Positions 1-9,902 of a stretch of DNA of 15,104 bases are shown one piece after another; within the stretch, counting starts at the first letter, position 1; each line of letters opens with the position of its first letter. The notes beneath the pieces were generated by a model. It ran no database searches, was not told where the DNA came from, and saw nothing but the letters and a program-made list of their open reading frames with translations. The position numbers were made by a program, and so were the translations under genes. Origin of the DNA: Octopus sinensis (Eukaryota); contig NW_021825624.1 in the NCBI RefSeq assembly GCF_006345805.1, forward strand, positions 1-15,104. Reading direction: 5' to 3'.

Positions 1-130
1 TACAAAATCTGCTTACAAAGATTTGGTCAGTCCGAGGTCATAGTAGAAAACACTTGCCCAAGATGTCATGCAGTGAACCTGAAACCATGTGGTTAGGAAG
101 CAAGCTTTTTACAACACAGCCACGCCCGCG
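1..130 (-). mobile_element. SINE family B head (tRNA-like + CORE-like domain), diverged, cut by window edge
   Basis: The reverse complement (gtggctgtgttgtaaaaagcttgcttcctaaccacatggtttcaggttc...cttgggcaagtgttttctacta) aligns by eye with the head at 6178-6340. Confidence 0.85.
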
Positions 131-149
131 ATATATACACATATATGAG

Positions 150-380
150 GGCGGCGAGCTGGCAGAAACGTTAGCACGTCGGGCGAAATGCTTAGTGGTA
201 TTTCGGCTGTCGTTACGTTGTGAGTTCAAATTCCGCCGAGGTCGACTTTGCCTTTCATCCTTTCGGGGTCGATAAATTAAGTACCAGTTACGCACTGGGG
301 TTGATGTAATCGACTGAATACCTATGTCTCTCCTTGTTTGTCTCCTCTATGTTTAGCCCCTTGTGGGTAATAAAGAAATA
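150..380 (+). mobile_element. tRNA-derived SINE family A, full-length copy 1
   Basis: A-box-like TGGCAGAAACGTTAG at 160-174 and B-box GAGTTCAAATTCC at 222-234. Colinear with the copies at 5779, 9470 and 11349. The direct repeat GATATATACACATATA at 130-145 and 381-396 is a probable, low-complexity TSD. Confidence 0.92.
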
Positions 381-642
381 GATATATACACATATACACT
401 CAAACATGTACATACACAAAATAAATACATATATATATATATAATATGTATGTATATATATATATACATATACATACACATATATACATACATGTGTGTG
501 CATACAGACATACACACAGGTATACATCTGTCTGCAAATAAGTGTTCTGGACACGATGTACAATGTATGTGATTGTGTGACTGTTTGTGCGTTTGTGACT
601 GAGTGTGTGTGTTTGTGTGTATGTGTGTGTGTGTGAGTGTGT

Positions 643-674
<32 letters not shown>

Positions 675-684
675 GCTTGTGTGT
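381..684. repeat. Compound (TA)n/(CA)n/(TG)n microsatellite region
   Basis: Direct inspection; a near-pure TG run spans ~597-677. Confidence 0.9.
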
Positions 685-1793
685 GCGCTTAAGTGTTTAT
701 AGTGGTCTTAAGTTTCATAACTGTGCGCTTTTGGCTACAATGAAAGTACCAGTTTGTACAAAATACATGGCACTGAAGTACACGAATCGCTTTAATCGTT
801 TATGCTTGTCTCCAAAATGTCTCTCCTTCAGTCAGTGTGATAAACGTTTTATTATCATAGTTTTGCGTTCGACGGTTGTGTCTTTGCATTCGCTTCTATC
901 ACAAATGCGGATTGTTTATTCTCTAGGCGACCTTTTTGTTGAGTTATATTTCAGGTTCATGTATCAGTTATGTATTCAGTCAGAGGAAGAAGTTTCCATA
1001 CCCTTTAGAATTCTTCTGAAACTACGAAGAACTAGGTGGTTTATGTCTGTGTGTGTATGTCAATAAGGAAATTTAAGAATGAAAGGAATGACGGCGGGTG
1101 GCAGTATTGTGAAGTAAGGATTAAATTAGAGTACTTAGTTTAGGGTTTGGATGCAGCATAAGTTTAAAAAGTTACAGCTTGGGTTCTCACAATCTGCGGG
1201 ACCTAAAAATATTTAAACGCTATATATGTTGTGAATTTTTGTGAAAACTTCTGAAGTGATTTTAACCACGATCTTCCGTGCTGCATATAACTTAAGACGT
1301 CACAAAGTTTAAGTCTGGCATTGGCTGGAATTTAGATGCTAGATATTCTGTAAAAGACAAGTTGATTATGTTTGTTTCTGTATACAGAGGAAGCAAAAAT
1401 TTTTAGATTTATATTTAAGTTTATAAAATATATAACAAAATCATGACAAAATACTGTCGACACATCAGTGATCTATACAATAGGAATAATGAGAAGAGTG
1501 AGATATATTCGTTGGAAGAGGAGGTGGAGATGGTTAATAATTCGCAAGTTCACAAGAACGGATGCCACTGTACTCGTGAAAGAAAGAAGGACAGGGAAGT
1601 AGTTACAGAAGAAAGTGCTTTGAATTGTATATTTTTTCATGCAGTGCCCTTTCCATATATATCTTAGTTGGACCGAGTTGAAGTATTTTCTCATTGTTTG
1701 AGAAAATACAAACTTAATGGTTTGTATACAGATATAATGTCATATGTGTGATGTCAGCCTGAAGTATCAACAGAGATTGACCGCTTGTGTTTG

Positions 1794-1996
1794 AAAAAGA
1801 GGTAATTCCTACTCTCCTCCTCTGGAAGCCATCTACTCGCAATGCCAGAGGGCGCACACTCTCCTACCCTGATGTAATCTCCAGGGATACAGGCATCTTG
1901 CAGCAGGACCTCTGTAATGCCATGATGGACCGTGAAGTCTGGCGTAGCATGGTAAATTCCATTGTCTCGACCACGGTGGAACAATGATGATGATGA
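1794..1996 (+). mobile_element. 5'-truncated 3' end of an RTE-clade-like LINE
   Basis: Translates as ...LLLWKPSTRNARGRTLSYPDVISRDTG...MMDREVWRSMV...*, matching the C-terminal LLW-P..R..GR...D...DR..WR pattern of RTE-type ORFs. It is followed directly by a (TGA)n tail and flanked by an 8-bp TSD, TGTGTTTG, at 1786-1793 and 1997-2004. Confidence 0.78.
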
Positions 1997-2463
1997 TGTG
2001 TTTGCAGTGGCGACTTGTGGGAGCTTCAGTCGTTGGTAATTCACATGTTGGAAGAACTTGCAGCATTTCACTGTTGCAAAAAGACCCGATTGTCACATCC
2101 TCATCGAAGGTTTTCAAAATCCACGTTTATTGTAGATATTGCAGGACGAGTCTACGTTTATACAGACGATAATGGTGGTGTAGGATTTAAAATCATTTAG
2201 ATTGTGATTATCTGCATGAATGTTTGATGGCATTAGGAGTTACACTAAGAACTTTGTTATAGTACAATATGATCTCAGAATATTAGGATAGATTCTTGTA
2301 GACAGAATGATTGAATACTTTGGTGAGGGTAAGACCTAGTTCTGGTGTCTAATGTCTGTGGGTAATGTAAAGAGGTTTGGTCACTTTAAGCTGGAGTAAT
2401 GACAGAAATGTTTTCGTACATGGTAAGGTAAGTGGAGGAACGTTTGAAGGTTTTATTGTCTCA

Positions 2464-2553
2464 GTGTGTGTGTATGTATATTTGTATGTATTAAACACAA
2501 ACACACTCACACACACACACACACACGTATGCATGTGTTTGTCAATGTGTGTG
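2464..2553. repeat. (TG)n/(CA)n compound microsatellite
   Basis: Direct inspection. Confidence 0.85.
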
Positions 2554-3089
2554 CACACGAGCGCTGTGTGGAGTTTGAAGCCAATTTGGTAATGAAAACA
2601 GTGATCTTATTTCCATAAGTGAGGTTAAGAAAGTAATCGCCTTCGACGAGCAGCGATGGCAGAAAGGACTCGCCTTCGATTGTAAAGTTCTTATTAGCAA
2701 AGGATCTGAAGATCCAGCTGAAACGAGAGAGGCAAGAAAGATGTTTTTCTTATATTATCACAATAATGGCACCAGATATTCTCTCTTACAAAATGATACT
2801 CTACACACCTATTTGATTATGAAGATTTACAAACATACTTTCTCAGTGAAACTCACTATACCCACCATTATAGATAATACCAAATGTACATTTTTGGATT
2901 TTTCATAATGTGATGTAAGTCTTTGGCATAGCAATTGCATGCGGCTGAAGAGAGCTTTAAACCATCTGTTATGTCGATTATACATTGATGTATAAATCTT
3001 GAAACACGTGTACCGCGACATCCTTTGTGTTCTGTTTTTTATTTCATTTGATGCATATATATATATGTATATATAAATAATGATTTTTT

Positions 3090-3230
3090 GCGCAGTCGTG
3101 TCTTGTGTGGTAAGAAGTTTGCTTCCGAACAACATGATTCCAGATTCAGTCCCCTGCGTGGCACTTTAAGCCGACCAAAGCCCTGAGTGGATCTGCATGA
3201 CAGAAACTGAAAGAACCCTGTCGCATAATA

Positions 3231-3263
<33 letters not shown>

Positions 3264-3412
3264 GTATATATATAAATATCTATATATATATATATCTATA
3301 TATATATATATATATAATATATATATATTTATTATATATATGTATGTATGTATGTCTGTATGTATATATATGCATGCATGTATGTATGTATGTATGTATG
3401 TATGTATGTATG

Positions 3413-3469
<57 letters not shown>

Positions 3470-3685
3470 GTATGTGTGTTTGTGTGTGTCTTTATGTCTG
3501 CTTGACAACCAGTGTTGGTATGTTTATATCTACGTAACTTAGCGATTTGGCAAAAAGAGGTCCGATAGAATAAGTACTAGGCTTAAGATAGGAAAAAAGA
3601 ATAACAAATACTGGGGTCGATTCATTTGACTGAAAATTCTTCAAGACGGTGCACCAGCATGGCCACAACTGAAACAAGTAAAAGA
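3090..3685 (+). mobile_element. SINE family B, diverged complete copy (head 3090-3223, microsatellite ~3224-3490, tail ~3490-3685)
   Basis: Head and tail align with 6178-6653. The head lacks the ttgggcaagtgtcttc CORE-like block (internal deletion). The tail ends ...actgaaacaagtaaaaga. Confidence 0.85.
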
Positions 3686-4528
3686 CAAAGTATTCCACAG
3701 AGAGGTCAATAGAACAGAAACTATATTTAGCTTGATATTAAAGGGAAGAGAAAATATTAGCTTCATGACTGGCTGCACATGTAACCATTTTCAGATAGAA
3801 GTGCAGAGGTGAATACACAAATGAACCCATAGCAGGTTCATGGCTACAACATATTTCATTTCTAAAAATATACAATGAAAATAATATTAGTTATATGACA
3901 TTTCTTACTTCAACAATATGGCACGATGCTGGTGAGGATAAAAAATAGAGACAAGATATATCAGTGCTTGGCATTTTCTTACTGAAGTTAGGTTTTGTGT
4001 TGTAGGAGTGCAAATGATACGCACTTATGACTTTTCGTGTGTACGTATATTAATTTCTTATAGTTTGGTCTCACTCGTGACATCTCCCCTAATTATCAAC
4101 TGATTACAATATAACAACTGATCTTAACACAATAACCACTTTTTAATCCCTCATCACATTTTTATGCGCTTTTTCTTCTTTTCCATGTACTAAGAAAGTC
4201 TTGTGGATACTCACTCATCGTATCTTTAAGTCATTTTATTCACCAATTACTCGTTAACACACTGAATTTAACTTTAACTTTAGAACTTTTAGTCTGAAAA
4301 TAGATAAATGTGTCACTAAAAACAGTTAATCTTACCGCTTTTCTTAGCATAGACAGTGCATTACACCTCACACTTTCTAAACTAAGCATATGCAACATTA
4401 GAGAATATGAAGAGCTCAATATTAATTTGGGTAACAGACTTTCCAGTCGTTTGTTCAACTAAACATGCAGAAACGAAAGACTATACTCCAATTACTCAAA
4501 TGTGTGTAGTTTTATGTGTTTAGATGTA

Positions 4529-4638
4529 AGTGCATATATATATATATATTAGTGCATATATATATATTAGTGCATATATATATATTAGTGCATATATATA
4601 TGTATGGGTGTAGATATATATATATATATTGTATGTAT

Positions 4639-4680
<42 letters not shown>
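4529..4680. repeat. 18-22 bp minisatellite AGTGC(AT)nT x4 followed by (TA)n
   Basis: Units start at 4529, 4551, 4569 and 4587; a (TA)n run continues to ~4680. Confidence 0.9.
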
Positions 4681-4681
<1 letters not shown>

Positions 4682-5192
4682 CGAGAGAGACACAAAGATA
4701 AAGAGAACGCAAAATATAGATAGCCATACCCGTTGTATTGTCATAGACACAACAAATATAAAACCTGTTATTTTTCCACTGAACTATTGGCAAAAGATAT
4801 ATTAGTAAAAGAAGTGTGATTAGATCAGCTAAGATACAAAACTATAGCAATTGACACTTTAGAAAAAAGTTCAGTGATTTTATTATGTATAAACGGATTC
4901 CCGCTCACAAAGTTGCTTTATTCACTGAATGTGAACGACTATTCGATTTTGTATTCCTGCCAAAAAGGCGAAAAAGAGAATAAAACTTGATTAATAACTA
5001 GTACTTATAAATAACATTTACTTATAAAATTTTTTTTTTGTTTTTTGGTCTTTTCATTGAGAAATTTGTTATAGTTGTATTGTTGTACGTATGTGTATAT
5101 ATGTATATATTTATATGTGTATATATGTGTGAAAGTATGAATAAAAACGCACTGAAGTCACCAGGCATTGAGTGTAGTGACACAAATGAACA

Positions 5193-5203
5193 TGTGTGTG
5201 CGC

Positions 5204-5250
<47 letters not shown>
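5193..5250. repeat. (TG)n microsatellite
   Basis: Direct inspection. Confidence 0.95.
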
Positions 5251-5254
<4 letters not shown>

Positions 5255-5318
5255 TTTTACGTATCTGGTAGCTTGACTAAATATAAGACGTGTGTATGAT
5301 ATCAATTTGGCAAGATTG

Positions 5319-5458
5319 CTCTCTCTCTCTCTCAGACAGACAGACACACACACACATACACACACGTATCTGTATGTATATAGACACATATATACACATG
5401 TATGTATGTATGTATGTATGTATGCGTATGTCTGTGTGTTTATGTGTAGTGTGTGTAT
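5319..5458. repeat. Compound (CT)n/(CA)n/(TATG)n microsatellite
   Basis: Direct inspection. Confidence 0.85.
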
Positions 5459-5778
5459 TATAAGAGTACAGAGCAACTAGGTCATTCCAATGTTGTATCT
5501 CAAAAAACTTCCTGCAAAGTGTACATATGATCCTCCGCCCAACCCATTACTACATCTTCTAAGCCACGGTTGTTGTTATCGATGTTTATCCCCTAGTTAT
5601 CCATAATCGAACCGATCTATAATCAAGGGCATTCTAGCTGTGACATGCCCTGTTTACCCCAGGTACTTTCACAGAAGACAACGTTATCCAATGTCCTTTT
5701 CTGCGAGGTTAGGTGTTTGATTCGAAGAGGATTTAGCTGTTATTCATAGGTGTTTAGAAAGCCTACATATATATGTAA

Positions 5779-6007
5779 GGCGGCAAGCTGGCAGAATCGT
5801 TAGCACGCCGAGCAAAATGCCTAGCAGTATTTCGTCTGTCGTTACGTTCTGAGTTCAAATTCCGCCGAGGTTGACTTTGCCTTAAATCCTTTCGGGGTCG
5901 ATAAATAAAGTACCAGTTTCGAACTGGGGTCGATGCAATCGACTTAATCCCTTTGTCTGTCCTTGTTTGTCCCCTCTGTGTTTAGCCCCTTGTGGGTAAT
6001 AAAGAAA
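5779..6007 (+). mobile_element. tRNA-derived SINE family A, full-length copy 2
   Basis: Runs ggcggcaagctggcagaatcgttagc...gagttcaaattccgcc...gtgggtaataaagaaa. Possible low-complexity TSD ACATATATAT at 5765-5774 and 6007-6016. Confidence 0.92.
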
Positions 6008-6177
6008 CATATATATATAGCGCAGAATCCCTCAGCTGAGAGTATCTGTCTCCTGTTTAGTTGGAAAACAGAGGCAAGTTCTTTTAGGTTCGATCTTTGG
6101 TGTTGTTTTCTACAAATAAACATCAAAACCCTCGTGATTTGTTTCTTTTTCGTCTTGTTTTTACTTATACATGCATA

Positions 6178-6366
6178 GGCGCAGGAGTGGCTGTGTGGTA
6201 AGTAGCTTGCTAACCAACCACATGGTTCAGGGTTCAGTCCCACTGCGTGGCATCTTGGGCAAGTGTCTTCTGCTATAGCCCAGGGCCGACCAATGCCTTG
6301 TGAGTGGATTTGGTAGACGGAAACTGAAAGAAGCCTGTTGTATATATGTATATATATATTATATAT

Positions 6367-6402
<36 letters not shown>

Positions 6403-6653
6403 GTGTGTGTGTGGTGGTGTGTGTGTGTGTGTGTGTGTGTGAGTATGTGTTGTGTGTCTGTGTTTGTCCCCCAAACATTGCTTGACAACCGATGCTGGTG
6501 GGTTTATGCCCCGACACTTAGCGTTCGGCAAAAGAGGACCGATAGAATAAGTACTGGGCTTACAAAGAATAAGTCCCGGGGTCGATTTGCTCGACTTATA
6601 GTCGGTGCTCCAGCATGGCCGCAGTCAAATGACTGAAACAAGTAAAAGAGTAA
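6178..6653 (+). mobile_element. SINE family B, best-preserved copy: tRNA-like + CORE-like head (6178-6340), (TA)n(TG)n spacer, 3' tail (~6453-6653)
   Basis: A-box-like TGGCTGTGTGG and B-box-like GGTTCAGTCCC, followed by CTTGGGCAAGTGTCTT, which resembles the CORE-SINE domain (octopus OR2-like from memory, unverified). The tail is shared with 3490-3685 and 13252-13720. Confidence 0.9.
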
Positions 6654-7467
6654 GATAATCCCAAGCTAATGACATCTTTTGAAATCATAATGGCACCTAA
6701 TAGGAGCTAGTGAGGATGATTATTATGGCAGTTAGACAAAACGGGGTTGGGGCGTTGGTTTTTGTTTCATGCAAGTTTGTTTCAAGTTAGGCCTGGGGCC
6801 ACAGCAGCGTAAGGCACTACAAATACGGTGAAAGAAGGGGTCTACAAACTTCGAAAAATGTCGACACAAAGCTTACTGAATATCATAGACCAGATGGAAA
6901 CAAAACGATGTACAAAGCAATCGCCTGGGGTTTATAATGTAAGAAGGTTTAAGGACAGTTGACGCGGAGGTAACCACGTTGGCTCGCCTAGGGTTCTGTT
7001 AAACATTGCAATGTTTAAAATGATCACTAATACAGTAAAGTATCTATAAAACTTATCACTATAGTACAGGCTGTGCAAACACGTTCAGTAGAGTGTAGTG
7101 TCTATATTGTTCTCCAGTGCAATTCAAATACTGTGGCCTTCTTTAGTACAGTAAAGCTTTTGGTGCAGTAACTGATGACAGTAACTGAATGTGTGTGTGT
7201 ATGTGCGCTCGCACGTGAACATGTATGTGTGAGTGTGTGCATGTGTGTGAACATGTAGCTGTTGATTTCAAGAGGACTCAGTGCGAGTTACATTGATAAC
7301 TCTAGAGCGAATTGTTATAGAATGGTTGCTTTATCTTCATTTTCATTAAGCTCTCTCAAAGAAACCATTCTACGTATATCTGTAAATGCATAAAAGTAAT
7401 TTCATAAGAATTCTTTGGAACCCAAACGTTTGGAACAAATAAAATACAAAGCCACTCACACTCCACC

Positions 7468-7477
7468 GTGTGTGTGT

Positions 7478-7520
<43 letters not shown>
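7468..7520. repeat. (TG)n microsatellite
   Basis: Direct inspection. Confidence 0.95.
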
Positions 7521-7521
<1 letters not shown>

Positions 7522-7608
7522 GCTTTGTGTTTATGACGAAACGTGGAAAGTTTCTACCTTGTTCCCAGTTAGAAATCTATAATAGTGGTAAACTGGAAAA
7601 TTGTCCGC

Positions 7609-7674
7609 CAACCGGTGGTGGGGGACAACTGAGACACGAAGACAAACACACACACTCATACATACCTATAAATA

Positions 7675-7745
<71 letters not shown>

Positions 7746-7779
7746 ACGACGGGCTTCTATCAGTTTCCATGTACCAAAT
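7609..7779 (-). mobile_element. SINE family B internal fragment (end of head, microsatellite, start of tail)
   Basis: The reverse complement gives atttggtacatggaaactgatagaagcccgtcgtata, then (TA)n, then gtctcagttgtcccccaccacc, matching the head-end and tail-start of 6178-6653. Confidence 0.75.
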
Positions 7780-8218
7780 ATACAAAGACATAAAAAGTGA
7801 ATTAAAAAAAACGTAAAAATTCATGTAGAAAAGTTTTTATCAACCGTCATAAACGCTTTTCCTTTTTCTCTTTCTCTTTTTGTTCTATTTTTCTTTCTTC
7901 TTTCTTTCTCTTTCTCATTAATGTCTTCGATCCTGTATCAATTCAATCTATCTCCATTCCTTGGATATATTTTTTCTTGTCCTTTTTATACATCTTTTCA
8001 TAAACTTTTTCATATGCCTATCTTTATACACATATATGTATAGAGAAAATTATCTTATTCTAACTCTGGGAGGGGTTTCTCTCCCCAATCAAACCCTTGA
8101 ATTCATTTCTTATCTACGTTTCTGCTTTTTCGTTGGTAATGCTTTTCCGTGTGTAAATGTTGTCCCCAATATAATTACACTTCTTGTTTGAAGCACCAAC
8201 GAAGCTATAGGATTATAT

Positions 8219-8505
8219 TCAGTTGCTTGACCTTAACCAGATGAGCATGTCCCTTAGTGGTTGACGATATTTGCATCTCTGATCACGAACAGAAATAGTT
8301 GAGGAGCATCGTAGCGATGTGCTGAGAGGAATTTTTTGAGGTTTGAATAATTCACCTCTGGAAACATGCTATTTCGTTTAGCATCCTTAAACAAACCTTA
8401 TTCAGGGATCTTCTGAGCGGGATGGGCTACTTAATCTCAAGAAAATTCTAACAGGGCTCCATCTGCAAGGTCATGCACCGTTTATTTTGATATGAGATCA
8501 CCATG
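8219..8505 (+). mobile_element. Diverged internal fragment of the non-coding TAA-flanked element (homologous to 12362-12647)
   Basis: Colinear match from tcagttg(c)ttgaccttaaccag to gatatgagatcaccatg; roughly 80% identical by eye. Confidence 0.88.
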
Positions 8506-9460
8506 GCTTAAATTCAGACGAAGATTTATCATAGCAGCCCAAAATCAATGCCTACCTACAAGAAGCTACCAGGCCGACATCTTAAAGAACGGCAGTAGCC
8601 CAACATGTCATGTGTGTAAGCAACAAAATGAAACCATTGATTATGTATTCTCCAAGTGCAGTCTTCTGCGCCTGCAGAGTTTCTCAACAGGCATGATGGA
8701 GCTGCACAGTATATTCACTGGGTAATTTGCAAAGAGTTGGACCTGCCCCTTGATAAAAACTTATGAGAACACAAACCACCGCCAGTGCTTGAAAATGACC
8801 ACATCTCACTCCTTTGGAACTTCACCGTTCAAACTGACAGAAAGATAGATGCGAATAGGCCAGACATTATATTAAAGGACTTCAGACAAAAATCATGCCT
8901 CGTCATCGATACCAATCGAGATAAATGTATCTGTCAAGATCTACCAAAAACTGAGCAAGTAAAATGATCTTGAAATAGTAATTAGCAAAATGTGAAACCT
9001 CAAGACTAAAACAATACCTGTTGTCGTAGGTGCCCTAGGTATGATAGCAAAAGGGGGTGATTGCTACCTAGCTCTGATACCAGGAAATCCAAAAATAGAA
9101 GAAATTCCAAAAATAGTGCGTATGGGAACTGTCCACATCCTACGTAACATACTGTCCATGTAATCTCCAAAATATTTTAATCCATAAACAATGTCAAAAT
9201 ACTCTTAAATGAACATAACAGCAAACACCTTTTACCGTCGTCTTAACACCACACTATTCTCTTATAATCAAATTACTTTTAAAACAAACTTCTAATTTAC
9301 TGATGATTTGACCGGCATTCTTTAGAAATGTGCAATACCAAATGTATGGCACCCTAGTCACAACACCAACTTGAACTTCTAACTTGTTGTCCCTTGAGGT
9401 CTCTGAGTGAGACTTGGAGCCAACTTGTACAAATACAATGCAAAAGCCAAAATATAATAA
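8506..9460 (+). mobile_element. Decayed R4/Dong-like non-LTR retrotransposon #1 (3' part: zinc knuckle, restriction-like endonuclease, 3' UTR, TAA tail)
   Basis: Frameshifted translation IIAAQNQCLPTRSY...CHVCKQQNETIDYVFSKC (C-x2-C-x8-H-x4-C with H>Y, 8606-8659), LWNFTVQTDRKIDANRPDII...LVID (PD..D nuclease), and GTVHILRNILSM* (stop 9161-9163). The 3' UTR ends in TAATAA at 9455-9460. Confidence 0.88.
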
Positions 9461-9469
9461 TTACAGACC

Positions 9470-9700
9470 TATTTCTTTACTACCCACAAGGGGCTAAACA
9501 CAGAAGGGACAAACAAGGACAAACAAACGGATTAAGTCGATCATATCGACCCCAGTGCGTAACTGGTACTTATTTAATCGACCCCGAAAGGATGAAAGGC
9601 AAAGTCGACCTCGGCGGAATTTGAACTCAGAACGTAGCGACAGACGAAATACTGCTGAGCACTTCGACCGACGTGCTAACGATTCAGCCAGCTCGCCGCC
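9470..9700 (-). mobile_element. tRNA-derived SINE family A, full-length copy 3, inserted in LINE #2
   Basis: Reverse complement of family A, with an exact 9-bp TSD TTACAGACC at 9461-9469 and 9701-9709. Removing it restores aat tac aga ccg ata (NYRPI). Confidence 0.95.
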
Positions 9701-9902
9701 TTACAGACCGATAACTTATCTCCCTACAATTTACAAAGCCTTTACTGCAACAAAATCGCTGAGAATGGGCAAGCATTTGGAAGAAAACAACCTGTTTCCA
9801 TAAGAGTAGAAGGGATGTTGCAAGGGTTCATACGGCTGTAAAGATCAGCTACTGATCAATAAAGCCATAAATGAAGACAGACGTAGAAAGAAGGGGCTAA
9901 GT

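Noticed and set aside
150-240. tRNA-like sequence with A and B boxes (also in the other SINE heads)
   Set aside because: It continues into a conserved non-tRNA body present in several copies with TSDs, and no clean cloverleaf is evident. These are SINE heads, not tRNA genes.
288-1066. ORFs rich in YI/VC/HT repeats (also 3197-3537, 4512-4793, 5038-5480, 5944-6636, 7470-7793, 13426-14059, 14669-15090)
   Set aside because: They are translations of TA/TG/CA microsatellites and SINE pieces; these repeats lack stops in some frames.
1443-1694. 74-aa ORF with acidic/basic stretches (EEEVEM, RERKKDRE)
   Set aside because: Purine-rich low-complexity sequence with no recognisable domain or convincing splice pair.
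5560-5760. Segment vaguely resembling other octopus interspersed repeats I recall
   Set aside because: There is no second copy in the window and no diagnostic termini, so it cannot be supported from this sequence.
9300-9360. CTGATGA...GAAA hammerhead-like core in the LINE #1 3' UTR (another CTGATGA near 14093)
   Set aside because: No stem II or stem III pairing and no properly placed cleavage triplet could be formed.
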